DNA from: Patescibacteria group bacterium
GTDB lineage: Bacteria > Patescibacteriota > Patescibacteriia > UBA10025 > JAHIVO01
Assembly (NCBI GenBank): GCA_022560375.1
Contig: JADFTK010000003.1
Span: forward strand, 1-46,226
Direction: 5' to 3'
Length of the DNA stretch: 46,226 nucleotides
The notes under the pieces are model-generated. The model was given only the letters and a program-made list of their open reading frames with translations. It was not told the DNA's origin and searched no databases. This document shows, piece after piece, positions 9,602 to 18,670 of the stretch. The stretch's first letter is position 1. Every line of letters starts with the position of its first letter. Both the position numbers and the translations under genes were made by a program.

Positions 9602-10726
9602 CTACTTACGTAATAATAAATAAAAATCTCGGGACATACGCTCCAAACTAAATTCCTTTTCTACCTTGGCCCGGGCACGCTTAGCCATGGCCCCTATCTC
9701 TCCTCTATTATTGAAAAGATATAATAATTGATCGGCCAAGTCGCGACTACTGCCCGGCTCAGCTAATAAACCGGTCTTTTTGTGATCAATAACTTCGACA
9801 GTGCCACCAATACGCGAAGCAATAACGGGGATGCCACTGGCCATAGCCTCTACCAAAGTAATGCCAAATGACTCCCGCTTAACCGAGGGGAGTACATAAA
9901 CATCAAAGTAACTATACCATTTTTCTACTTCTTTCTGATATCCTACCCACTGGATAATTTCCTTCAAGTCTAATCTCTCAGATAGCCATTCCAGTCGACG
10001 ACGCTCTCGTCCCTCGCCCACGATTATTAGCCGCATAAATGGGATGAATTCTTTTACCAATTTTACCGCCTGCAATAAAAATTCAATCCCTTTCTCTGGC
10101 TCAATCCTGGCCACACAACCGACATTATATCTGGCCGAGTCCTGCCAGCGATATTCTTTCATTTTAAATCTGGAAAGATCAATGCCTATATATATTACTG
10201 TTATGCCCTTTTGTTTGATCCGTATATCATCAATTAGCTGTTGTTTAATTACTCGGGAAATAGCCACAATCGTTACTAAGCTAGCCAAGTATCTATATAA
10301 ATATTTAAGGGGGTTTTTTGTTAACCATCGTTCAAAAGTAACGTGCTCCACCCAGATAACCTTCAGTCCTATGATCCTAGCCGGCAAGGTTGCTAATATT
10401 TTTTCTGTTAATGATAAACAATATAAAATACGAACTTTTTTGAACCAGCGATAATAAATCAATAGATAAATCATGCCTAAACAGGCGGGGATTAAGGTAA
10501 ATGGCCATAATAATAATCCCATCTTGGAAACTGGTTCGGGACCAGCCCACCATCTTTGAACCAACCACTTCCTCGAAGAAAACTCTTTAAGCAAGACCTG
10601 ACAGGAGGTAGCTAAGAAAAACTTAAAGTCTTTCTTTTGCAACGCTTCGACGAGCAACAAAGTGTGTCTCTCACCGCCCCCGAAAAGTGATGAATGAGGA
10701 AATTTTAAAATCAAAATATTTTGCAT
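9602..10726 (-). CDS. Glycosyltransferase family 4
   Basis: GGGERH N-terminal motif; ARIEPEKG; ESFGITLVEAMASGIPVIASRIGG. Confidence 0.93.
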   Translation of the reverse strand: MQNILILKFPHSSLFGGGERHTLLLVEALQKKDFKFFLATSCQVLLKEFSSRKWLVQRWWAGPEPVSKMGLLLWPFTLIPACLGMIYLLIYYRWFKKVRILYCLSLTEKILATLPARIIGLKVIWVEHVTFERWLTKNPLKYLYRYLASLVTIVAISRVIKQQLIDDIRIKQKGITVIYIGIDLSRFKMKEYRWQDSARYNVGCVARIEPEKGIEFLLQAVKLVKEFIPFMRLIIVGEGRERRRLEWLSERLDLKEIIQWVGYQKEVEKWYSYFDVYVLPSVKRESFGITLVEAMASGIPVIASRIGGTVEVIDHKKTGLLAEPGSSRDLADQLLYLFNNRGEIGAMAKRARAKVEKEFSLERMSRDFYLLLRK

Positions 10727-10730
10727 AGCC

Positions 10731-12146
10731 TTAGTTTAACCGAAATACCTCCCGGATCATTTCCTTACTAAAACCTTTAAACAGAAATAGTGCTACTAGA
10801 TATGTTACCCCTCCGCCTAGCATTAAAATAAAAATATTATATCCAGTCAATAAAAATAAAACAATGGCCATGACTCCGCTGGCCAGCAACGATTTAAACA
10901 GCAACTTCAATGATGGCCATACCTTTGTCGCCATGCCCACGATTGTCATAGCGGCCATAGTCACCATAAGTTCAGAAGCGACTGTCATACCGGCTGCGCC
11001 AAAATACGAATATTTCGGCACTAATATAAGATAACCGATTAACGAAATAATAGCCACTATCAAATAAAGCCACATCATTGTCTTTTGCTTATTAATAGCT
11101 ACCACGGTATTACCAAAAAGATTACCAATAAATATTGTGGCAGTAGCAAATATTAGGATGCGCAGGATAGCCGCCGAATCGACAAAATCCGGGGCAATCA
11201 AATCCATAATAGGCTGAGCTAAAAATAACGTACCCACCACCAAGGGGACGGCTAGCATGACCATGGCATCAAAAGCCTTTCTCAAAACGCGTTTAAATCT
11301 TTCTAGGTCAGTCGCTATCCAGGCCGTAGCTAATAATGGTAATACCAACCCGGCAAACATAGCTGGAAAAGTGGTCAACACTTCCAGCACTTTATAAGAA
11401 GCGCCATAAATACCAACTACTGACTCGCTATGAAACAGGGATAATATAATAATGTCCGCCTTAAAATATACTAAATTAAAAGAGATCGATACAGCAATCG
11501 GCCACGATTCCTGGATAACCTGCCGCCAGATGGCCATATCAAACTTAAGTCGGATACGTACAAACCGCCGGCTGAATAAAAAAGTAATGAAAAAATTGAC
11601 CAGGCTACCTACACCTACCATAACCATTACCCAGAGTAAACCCAGATCAGCGTCGATCACCAGATAGGTACCAACTACAAGTAATATCCGGCCCACTACC
11701 TCGGCGATGACCACTTTATCCATACGCAGATGTTTTTGGAAAACGCCGGCCATGACCTGGTTCAGGGTGATGCCCAAAAACGACAATGAGGTTATAAGAA
11801 CTCCCCATTTGACAACATCAGGATAGGGGAAAAATAATACCACTAAAGGCGCTAGTCCTAAAAATATTACCGCCGACACCAGGCGCAAAGTAAAAATATT
11901 ACTAACTATTAAATCCTGATCAACTCCCGGTTCAGAAATTTTCTTTACTAAAATTATATATAAACCCATATCAACCAACACCCCAAAAAACTGCAGGAAA
12001 GCCATAATGGTAATGTACTGACCAAATCCGCTGGTTCCTAAATAACGAGTCAGCATCCCAATGACCACCACGCCAATAACAGTACTGATACTTTTACCAA
12101 TAATTTGGATAATGGAATTGTGGGCTATCTTTCTCGTATAGGACAT
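10731..12146 (-). CDS. Wzx-type polysaccharide flippase (MOP superfamily)
   Basis: LTRYLG..GFGQY, DMGL, DIIILS...VGIYGASYK, LVPKYSYFGAA; ~12-14 TM. Confidence 0.9.
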   Translation of the reverse strand: MSYTRKIAHNSIIQIIGKSISTVIGVVVIGMLTRYLGTSGFGQYITIMAFLQFFGVLVDMGLYIILVKKISEPGVDQDLIVSNIFTLRLVSAVIFLGLAPLVVLFFPYPDVVKWGVLITSLSFLGITLNQVMAGVFQKHLRMDKVVIAEVVGRILLVVGTYLVIDADLGLLWVMVMVGVGSLVNFFITFLFSRRFVRIRLKFDMAIWRQVIQESWPIAVSISFNLVYFKADIIILSLFHSESVVGIYGASYKVLEVLTTFPAMFAGLVLPLLATAWIATDLERFKRVLRKAFDAMVMLAVPLVVGTLFLAQPIMDLIAPDFVDSAAILRILIFATATIFIGNLFGNTVVAINKQKTMMWLYLIVAIISLIGYLILVPKYSYFGAAGMTVASELMVTMAAMTIVGMATKVWPSLKLLFKSLLASGVMAIVLFLLTGYNIFILMLGGGVTYLVALFLFKGFSKEMIREVFRLN

Positions 12147-12275
12147 CAGACTACCAACGATTTATTTTTAATTTCATAAGGTGAAACTGACCAAAAAGAT
12201 TGTACAAACATTAGGGGGTGTACTACATAAAAAAATCTCATCTGGTTAAACTCATCCTATCATTTTACTACCACG

Positions 12276-12304
12276 TTGACAATTCAAGAAAAATGTGCTA
12301 ATAT
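12276..12304 (+). promoter_or_regulatory. Sigma70 promoter
   Basis: TTGACA-17 bp-TAATAT with extended TG; predicted TSS ~12311. Confidence 0.75.
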
Positions 12305-12311
12305 TACTAAT

Positions 12312-12555
12312 GAAAGAGCTTGAGTGAAACAAAAATAAAAAATAAAACTCCCAAGATAATTATCGGAGTTCACTAGTCACCTGATGCTTTACTAGGTAAA
12401 AAACAAAACAAATAGTCAAGCTTACAGTTAGACACTCATAGACACTCAAGTTGACTGCCCATAAATGTAGGCGCCTAAAAATACGGCCATCATGCCAGCT
12501 ATTGGGAGTTGAAGCTCTTTTACATGCTCTGGTTTTTCAAGGCCAGCGCGTAAAA
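12312..12555 (+). ncRNA. Structured 5' leader / candidate cis-regulatory RNA of the SpoIID gene
   Basis: AAAGAGCTT(12313)/AAGCTCTTT(12512), AACTCCCAA(12346)/TTGGGAGTT(12502), AGTCAA-g-CTT/AAGTTGACT, CTAGT/ACTAG, plus a final hairpin 12518-12555. Confidence 0.5.
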
Positions 12556-12579
12556 CAAAAATAAAAACCATCAATAAAT

Positions 12580-14499
12580 ATGTACAAAAAAAACTCAACA
12601 GCGCTATTTGCGGTGATCATGGTGTTGTTTCTTCTCCCCTTTGCACCATCATATATAGAAAGCCTACTGAATGACAGGGGACCTATCCCCACAGCCACCG
12701 CGGCTACCACTCAACGCAGCGTCACGGAAATAATAAGTTCAGGGTATGTAGGTGACTATGGAATTACATCTTTAGAAACGCCTAGAGACCCTCGGGTCCT
12801 TGGCATCACCTTCCAACCACCCACCGATAGCCAAGCCTATCAAGCACGTGAAATAAACCGCAGTAATGCGATTCTAAATCTGAACCCAGGCCAAGCCGTA
12901 ACTGTCTGGGTTGATTTTTTAAATACCGGGCAAGCAACCTGGTACAACGATAATGATAATTTTATCGCGATTAATGTCGCTGAGCCCACCGGCCGGGTGA
13001 GCTCTTTTCAGCATGATTTTTGGCCACAGATATATCGTCCGGGAAAACTTTTACAAAATTCGGTTGCTCCCGGAGAAACAGGACGATTCAAATTTGCCTT
13101 ACAAGCCCCTACTCAAACTGGTATTTATAGTGAGGCCTTTAACCTGGTAGCGGAAAATTTGACGTGGATCGACGGCGGCTACTTCGAGATACTGATTGGC
13201 GTTGGAGAGGCAGTAATACGGGCACCAGAATACAGTGCTCAAATAGTCAAAAGAAGTCATGGCAACGTGTTAGAGCTGGAACCAGATCAAGCCCTGACAT
13301 TTTGGGTTGACTTCAAGAATATCGGCCTGAAAAACTGGTATAATGACGGTAATAATTTCGTAGCCATCAATGTCAATAACCCCACTGGCCGGGTGAGCTC
13401 TTTTCAGCATAACTTTTGGAATGAATATTACTACCGCCCAACTAGGCTACTACAAAACAGGATATACCCCGGAGAAACAGGACGATTTAAATTTGCCTTA
13501 CAAGCCCCCACCATCCCGGGCTACTATACTGAAAAATTTTCTTTAGTTGCTGAAAATTTAACTTTCATTAACGGGGGAAATATAACAATTAAATTTAAAG
13601 TTGGCGACCCTCCCGTTGAGCCAGCCAGCTACTCCTTTGTCAATGATCCTGATATTAGAGTAGGTCTATATAATACTACAGATGCTGTTCAATTAACTGC
13701 CGATGGCCCAATGACGATAACCGATATTAATTCAGGGGTAGTAACTCAATACACTACTAATCAACCTGCCACCATTAAATACTCAACCAATGCTTACTGG
13801 CGGATCGTTCCTGATTCAAATGATACTATTGTAGAAATTAACAGTTTTGCCAAGAGGCCATCTTGGAATACCTCTCTCAACGATAATAAGTTCCGGGGGA
13901 AAATTGAAATTCGATATTCTGATGCCACTGATAAAATGTGGATTATTAACGAGTTGCCGCTGGAATCATATTTATTAGGGCTCGGTGAGGTCTCTAATGG
14001 TCAGCCGACCGAATATCTCAAAGCCCTCCTAACCTCCGCCCGATCATATGCCCTTTGGCACACGGTGCGCGGAGGCAAACACCCTACTGAATACTTTGAT
14101 CTAAATGCATCTACTGACCAAATCTACTTAGGCTATGGATTTGAACAGCGCTCGACTGACCCCGTAGCCGCTGTGCAGGCAACAGCCGGCATGGTAGTGA
14201 CACACCCCGACGCTATTACACAAATTAACACGCAAGGCATAGCTATCACCGCTTATTCATCCGGGACGGACGGACGGACTAGAAATTGGTCAGAAGTCTG
14301 GGCCGGTAGCGGATATCCTTGGCTTGTTTCGGTTGACGATCCCTATGGAATAATATCCAACTGGGATACTTTAGTCGGCAACCACATGGTGGGTATGTCA
14401 GCCAATGGCGCCCGAGGCTACGCTATTGAAGAAAATAAAACGTTTGACTGGATTTTACAGCACTACTACACGGGCACTTCAGTAAAAAAAATATACTAA
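12580..14499 (+). CDS. SpoIID/LytB-domain cell-wall protein with two NBR1-like Ig domains
   Basis: N-terminal TM/signal; two repeats (F.N.G...W...V.PGETGRFKF.LQAP...G.Y.E.F.LVAE); C-terminal INELPLESYL.G, EYLKA...ARSYA, DQIYLG, HMVGMS..GA, ILQHYYTG. Confidence 0.88.
   Translation: MYKKNSTALFAVIMVLFLLPFAPSYIESLLNDRGPIPTATAATTQRSVTEIISSGYVGDYGITSLETPRDPRVLGITFQPPTDSQAYQAREINRSNAILNLNPGQAVTVWVDFLNTGQATWYNDNDNFIAINVAEPTGRVSSFQHDFWPQIYRPGKLLQNSVAPGETGRFKFALQAPTQTGIYSEAFNLVAENLTWIDGGYFEILIGVGEAVIRAPEYSAQIVKRSHGNVLELEPDQALTFWVDFKNIGLKNWYNDGNNFVAINVNNPTGRVSSFQHNFWNEYYYRPTRLLQNRIYPGETGRFKFALQAPTIPGYYTEKFSLVAENLTFINGGNITIKFKVGDPPVEPASYSFVNDPDIRVGLYNTTDAVQLTADGPMTITDINSGVVTQYTTNQPATIKYSTNAYWRIVPDSNDTIVEINSFAKRPSWNTSLNDNKFRGKIEIRYSDATDKMWIINELPLESYLLGLGEVSNGQPTEYLKALLTSARSYALWHTVRGGKHPTEYFDLNASTDQIYLGYGFEQRSTDPVAAVQATAGMVVTHPDAITQINTQGIAITAYSSGTDGRTRNWSEVWAGSGYPWLVSVDDPYGIISNWDTLVGNHMVGMSANGARGYAIEENKTFDWILQHYYTGTSVKKIY
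12991..13508 (+). repeat. Near-identical intragenic DNA repeats between the two Ig domains
   Basis: 24/24 identity 12991-13014 vs 13387-13410; 40/41 identity 13069-13109 vs 13468-13508. Confidence 0.85.
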
Positions 14500-14594
14500 A
14501 ACAAACACTATCATGTACCCACGACACACGTACACTATGACGTGTTAATTTGCTATAATACTAAAGTACCAAACGAACTTTTTACCATTTACTA

Positions 14595-15269
14595 TTGAAA
14601 ATGACAATTATTGGCCCCAACATAGACATTACTGAATCAGATTGGAATAACATGAAAGAAGAATTACACAACTACGCCACCGGTAAATTTTGGCGCGACT
14701 ACACTTGGCATGCTGGTCGGATGGCGGTCATTGACCCGGAACAATTCAGGGAAGTACTTCTCACTGACAATGAATGGCTAGGGATGTTGCGACAATTAGA
14801 AAACTACCGCCGCCAAGAAAACTGGGATGCTTTTGCGGCTCGGCTGGCACGGATGAAACTAATTGACCCTGAACGCGCCAACCGTATCGAAATAGCAGAC
14901 AACCACTGGGAAGAATTAATAAAAATACTAAAAAAAACAATTACCCAAAGCAATTGGGTCCTATTTGCCGCACACGCCCACCACATGAAAACTATTGACC
15001 CCGACCGATTTGCCAAAATGCAGATAGAGGATCAGGCCTGGCAGGGGATGATGGGCAAGCTAGATGATTTCCGACAGCATGATATTAGCGGAAAATTTAC
15101 TAAGCATGCTTCGTATATGAAAAATCTGGACCCGGAAAAATTTAAAGAGGTGCGTATTTCGGCTCAGGACTGGGAAAAAATTGCCCAGGAGCTGCAATTG
15201 AAACGCCAAAAAAACTACTGGGCTGCTTTTGCTGCTCAGGCTAGTCGGATAAAAACATTATTCGATTAG
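14595..15269 (+). CDS. Hypothetical protein made of five 44-aa helical tandem repeats
   Basis: Period-44 motif I....W..M...L........W..F...A..MK.IDPE.F. Confidence 0.8.
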   Translation: MKMTIIGPNIDITESDWNNMKEELHNYATGKFWRDYTWHAGRMAVIDPEQFREVLLTDNEWLGMLRQLENYRRQENWDAFAARLARMKLIDPERANRIEIADNHWEELIKILKKTITQSNWVLFAAHAHHMKTIDPDRFAKMQIEDQAWQGMMGKLDDFRQHDISGKFTKHASYMKNLDPEKFKEVRISAQDWEKIAQELQLKRQKNYWAAFAAQASRIKTLFD

Positions 15270-15277
15270 CTGAATAT

Positions 15278-15958
15278 ATGTCGCTACCTTCAACAATAAA
15301 ATTTAAAATGTGGCGCGCCTCGTTAATAATTGCCACAGTTTTTTTTATAATTTTCTTTGGCTACACCTTTAAATTTTATGGTGGTTTAAGTTTATTGGCT
15401 ACCAGCCAAGCCGTTAGTGGCACCGCCACCATAATGCTGGGCCTATCATTTGCTATGAGTGGCATTGGCTATTGGTGGGATTTTCTGGATAGTAAGGTAG
15501 CCTATAGAAAATATTTAGGCTTGACCGGCTTTTGGCTAGCTTTACTCTATGCCATCATGCTAATCTTCATAAACCCAGATAGGTACTTCTATAATCTCGC
15601 CGACAATCTGGGGACTATGGACGTGTTATTTGGTATCGGGTCCATGATTATTTTCGTTTTTATGGCTATGATTTCCCGAACCTGGGCTATTCAGGCCATG
15701 GGCGCGGCTAATTGGCGCTATGGTCTGCGCATCGGATATCTAGCCTATGCCATGCTAGTTGCCCGTGCGGCTATAGTTGACCATAGTATTTGGGCAGAGT
15801 GGTGGCAAGTGCCACTAGACTCCTTACCACCTGTTTCACTGCTTATTTCAGTTTTTGCTGTTGTAATAATTGGCTTCAGGGGCTCTATTTTTTTATCCAA
15901 ACTAAATAAGAAAGGGATTACCCCAAATACGAACCGGACAAACCAGGAATCTAGGTAA
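15278..15958 (+). CDS. Ferric-reductase-like TM protein (MsrQ/YedZ-like), heme His ligands absent
   Basis: 6 TM; YRKYLGL and AMIS...AIQAMG..NW...R..Y motifs match the MsrQ layout. Confidence 0.65.
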   Translation: MSLPSTIKFKMWRASLIIATVFFIIFFGYTFKFYGGLSLLATSQAVSGTATIMLGLSFAMSGIGYWWDFLDSKVAYRKYLGLTGFWLALLYAIMLIFINPDRYFYNLADNLGTMDVLFGIGSMIIFVFMAMISRTWAIQAMGAANWRYGLRIGYLAYAMLVARAAIVDHSIWAEWWQVPLDSLPPVSLLISVFAVVIIGFRGSIFLSKLNKKGITPNTNRTNQESR

Positions 15959-15980
15959 TAACTTTTTTTTAAATAATATA

Positions 15981-16562
15981 CTACTCTGTTCTGGTATGCT
16001 GCTTGGTGCTGCCCATATTTTTATTAACCAGCTTTTCATGTAGCGCTAAAATTTTTCTGGATACTTCTACGGCATTTGGCACTTCTCCAAAATTAAACCT
16101 ATCTGATTCGGAAGCGGTCTGTACATGGATAGAGCCATATTTAAATATGGTTGGAAAAAATCCTTTCACCACACAGCTAACGTCTTGAATTCTACTCAGT
16201 CGAAGCTCTGATACCTCTCGATTAAACAAGCCTTTTTGTTCAGTGGCAATGATACGCTCCTCAGTGATAATCCAAATATCTAAATAATAATCCACCCAGG
16301 CATGATACATAAATAATATGATATATAAATAGTAAATCCCCGCCAATAATACTATTATTATAAAAATTAAACTGGTATCATCATCTAATAATACAGTGTA
16401 AGTGACTACCAGAGTATAAACAACTATCGGAGCCAACCCACCAAGTACAAAAATAAATAACTTATTGGCTAAGGCCATTTTATGCCTGCGTAGCACCATA
16501 ACGACATCTTCATTGACAGGCTTGCCTGGAAAATAAAAATTTTTAAAATCCGTCATCGACAT
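15981..16562 (-). CDS. Membrane protein with bacterial PH domain
   Basis: Two TM then WIITEERII...QKGLFNR.VSEL.L.RIQDV...GFFPTIFKYGSIHVQTA. Confidence 0.8.
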   Translation of the reverse strand: MSMTDFKNFYFPGKPVNEDVVMVLRRHKMALANKLFIFVLGGLAPIVVYTLVVTYTVLLDDDTSLIFIIIVLLAGIYYLYIILFMYHAWVDYYLDIWIITEERIIATEQKGLFNREVSELRLSRIQDVSCVVKGFFPTIFKYGSIHVQTASESDRFNFGEVPNAVEVSRKILALHEKLVNKNMGSTKQHTRTE

Positions 16563-16812
16563 CAGCGGTAAATGGTAAATTTATAATTATATTTAGAGGT
16601 ATATTTTCATCCCAAATGACACTGCTTAATTGCCCAAAGGTAGTCAGCACTATGGTCACGGTTAATACCAAAAAAATAAGCGAGACAATAATGCTGGGCG
16701 CTCTCAGGTGACCAAATCGTATAACGTGATAAAAATTCATGCTTGCCAGAACTACAAATATCAGCGCAGCTACCGCATATACCATTAGAAAAATAAAAGG
16801 TGAAATTGACAT
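16543..16812 (-). CDS. Small 2-TM hypothetical protein
   Basis: Two hydrophobic helices with a YHVIRFG loop; overlaps the downstream gene, suggesting coupling. Confidence 0.65.
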   Translation of the reverse strand: MSISPFIFLMVYAVAALIFVVLASMNFYHVIRFGHLRAPSIIVSLIFLVLTVTIVLTTFGQLSSVIWDENIPLNIIINLPFTADVDDGF

Positions 16813-16907
16813 AGGCCTTACTCCAGTATACTATGACCTGATATTTAAAACTAGTATTACGAAAGTCTATTGAAAATAAAATAATAGATTGCTACAATGA
16901 TCGCATT

Positions 16908-17579
16908 ATGCCACAAGAAAAATTAGAAAAAAAGAATAATTTTCTTACTCGACAAAAAATAATTTTTTTGGTTGGCACTTTAGCAGTCATTACCATAGGC
17001 TATTTATTTTTTAGTAATTGGCAAAACAGCTCTGACGTGATCCAAATCAGTAACCAGGAAATCAATCGACTGCCAACTAGTGCCGCCAGAGAAATTATTA
17101 CCCAACCAACTCTGGAACGAGGAGAGGCCGACCAATTAAGCATACCTGACCGAGACATTAATACACCCATTATTTACATAGAGGAGGTAGATGAGACTAT
17201 TTTTCAGGAGGCCCTGGCCAGTGGCGTGGTTCACTACCCCGGCACAGCCTTACCAGGACAATTTGGCAATCCATACATATTTGGGCACTCCTCGGACTAT
17301 TTTTGGAAGTCGGGAAATTATAAAGAAATATTCAAATCATTAATAGATATTCCCCTAGGTACCCCCATCCGCATTACTAACCACGATGGTGAATTATTTA
17401 TATACCGAGTTGTAGAAACAAAAATTGTCGGGCCCAAAGAAGTATCCGTCCTTGATCAAAACGAACAGCAGAGCCTGTTGCTGACCCTGCAAACGTCGTG
17501 GCCAGTTGGCACTGCCTTGAAGCGCTATATTGTCATTGCGGAAATGGATAAAATAGCCACTTTTGGACCCACCCCATAA
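16908..17579 (+). CDS. Sortase-family protein with catalytic Cys replaced by Ser
   Basis: N-terminal TM; GVVHYPGTALPGQFGN..IFGHS; LTLQTSWP (TLxTC position); KRYIV. Confidence 0.85.
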   Translation: MPQEKLEKKNNFLTRQKIIFLVGTLAVITIGYLFFSNWQNSSDVIQISNQEINRLPTSAAREIITQPTLERGEADQLSIPDRDINTPIIYIEEVDETIFQEALASGVVHYPGTALPGQFGNPYIFGHSSDYFWKSGNYKEIFKSLIDIPLGTPIRITNHDGELFIYRVVETKIVGPKEVSVLDQNEQQSLLLTLQTSWPVGTALKRYIVIAEMDKIATFGPTP

Positions 17580-17632
17580 AATTCAATCCATCATAAATAA
17601 TCGTTGCCCATAATTACACCACCACGATTTTT

Positions 17633-18661
17633 TTAGACCAGCTTATCCTGCAAATTCTGGGGAAAATCTTTGCCTAAATGCTCATAGGCAGACTCGGTGA
17701 CTACCCGACCCCTAGCGGTGCGAGCTAAAAACCCCACCTGCATTAAATAAGGCTCATGGACTTCCTCGACAGTCGATTGCTCCTCGGATATGGCAGCGGC
17801 AATAGTGTTTAAACCAACCGGACCGCCATTGAATTTATCGATGATAATGATTAAGATTGCCCGATCTATATTATCTAGACCAAACTTATCAATTTCCAAT
17901 TTTTTTAATGCCTCAATGGCAATCTGGCCCGTAACTTCTCCGTTGCTTTCAACTTGGGCATAATCTCGAACTCTCTTTAATAATCGATTGGCAATCCTCG
18001 GCGTTTTTCTGGAGCGCTTAGCAATTTCTCCCAGAGCCTCATTATCAACCGGGATGCCCAGAATTTCAGAGGAGCGTTTTAATATTTTCTTTATGTCCTC
18101 ATCCTTATAAAAATCCAATCGATAAACATTACCAAAACGATCGCGCAGTGGTGAAGAAATAAGGTTAACCCGTGTCGTAGCTCCTACCAAAGTAAATTTT
18201 GGCAAATCTAAACGTAATGTTTTAGCGGAAGGCCCCTTGCCCACTACAATGTCCAGAGCGTATTCTTCCATGGCCGGATAAAGAACCTCCTCGATTAATC
18301 GATTGAGTCGGTGGATTTCATCTATAAATAAAATGTCCCCATCATCTAAATTAGTAATGATGGCTCCCAGGTCTCCGGCTTTCTCAATGGCCGGGCCAGA
18401 GGTAACTCGGATATTTGACCCATTTTCGGAAGCGATAATATGAGCTAGCGTAGTTTTACCTATGCCGGGCGGACCATGTAAAAGTACGTGTTCTAAAGAT
18501 TCATTCCGTTTCTTGGCCGCCGCCATGAATATTTTCAAATTACTTTTTATAGTATCTTGGCCAATAAAATCTTTTAAATTCTTTGGACGCAAAGTAAGAT
18601 CAAATATTTGATCATCTGGTTTTTCACTCTGGGCCACAACCCTATTGCTGGTATCAGCCAT
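17633..18661 (-). CDS. ruvB: Holliday junction branch migration helicase RuvB
   Basis: LRP...[51 protein letters not shown]. Confidence 0.97.
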   Translation of the reverse strand: MADTSNRVVAQSEKPDDQIFDLTLRPKNLKDFIGQDTIKSNLKIFMAAAKKRNESLEHVLLHGPPGIGKTTLAHIIASENGSNIRVTSGPAIEKAGDLGAIITNLDDGDILFIDEIHRLNRLIEEVLYPAMEEYALDIVVGKGPSAKTLRLDLPKFTLVGATTRVNLISSPLRDRFGNVYRLDFYKDEDIKKILKRSSEILGIPVDNEALGEIAKRSRKTPRIANRLLKRVRDYAQVESNGEVTGQIAIEALKKLEIDKFGLDNIDRAILIIIIDKFNGGPVGLNTIAAAISEEQSTVEEVHEPYLMQVGFLARTARGRVVTESAYEHLGKDFPQNLQDKLV

Positions 18662-18670
18662 GAAAAAAAT

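Noticed and set aside
12312-12555. Assignment as a c-di-GMP-I/II or c-di-AMP riboswitch
   Set aside because: The conserved cores of these families could not be located by eye; left as an unknown structured leader
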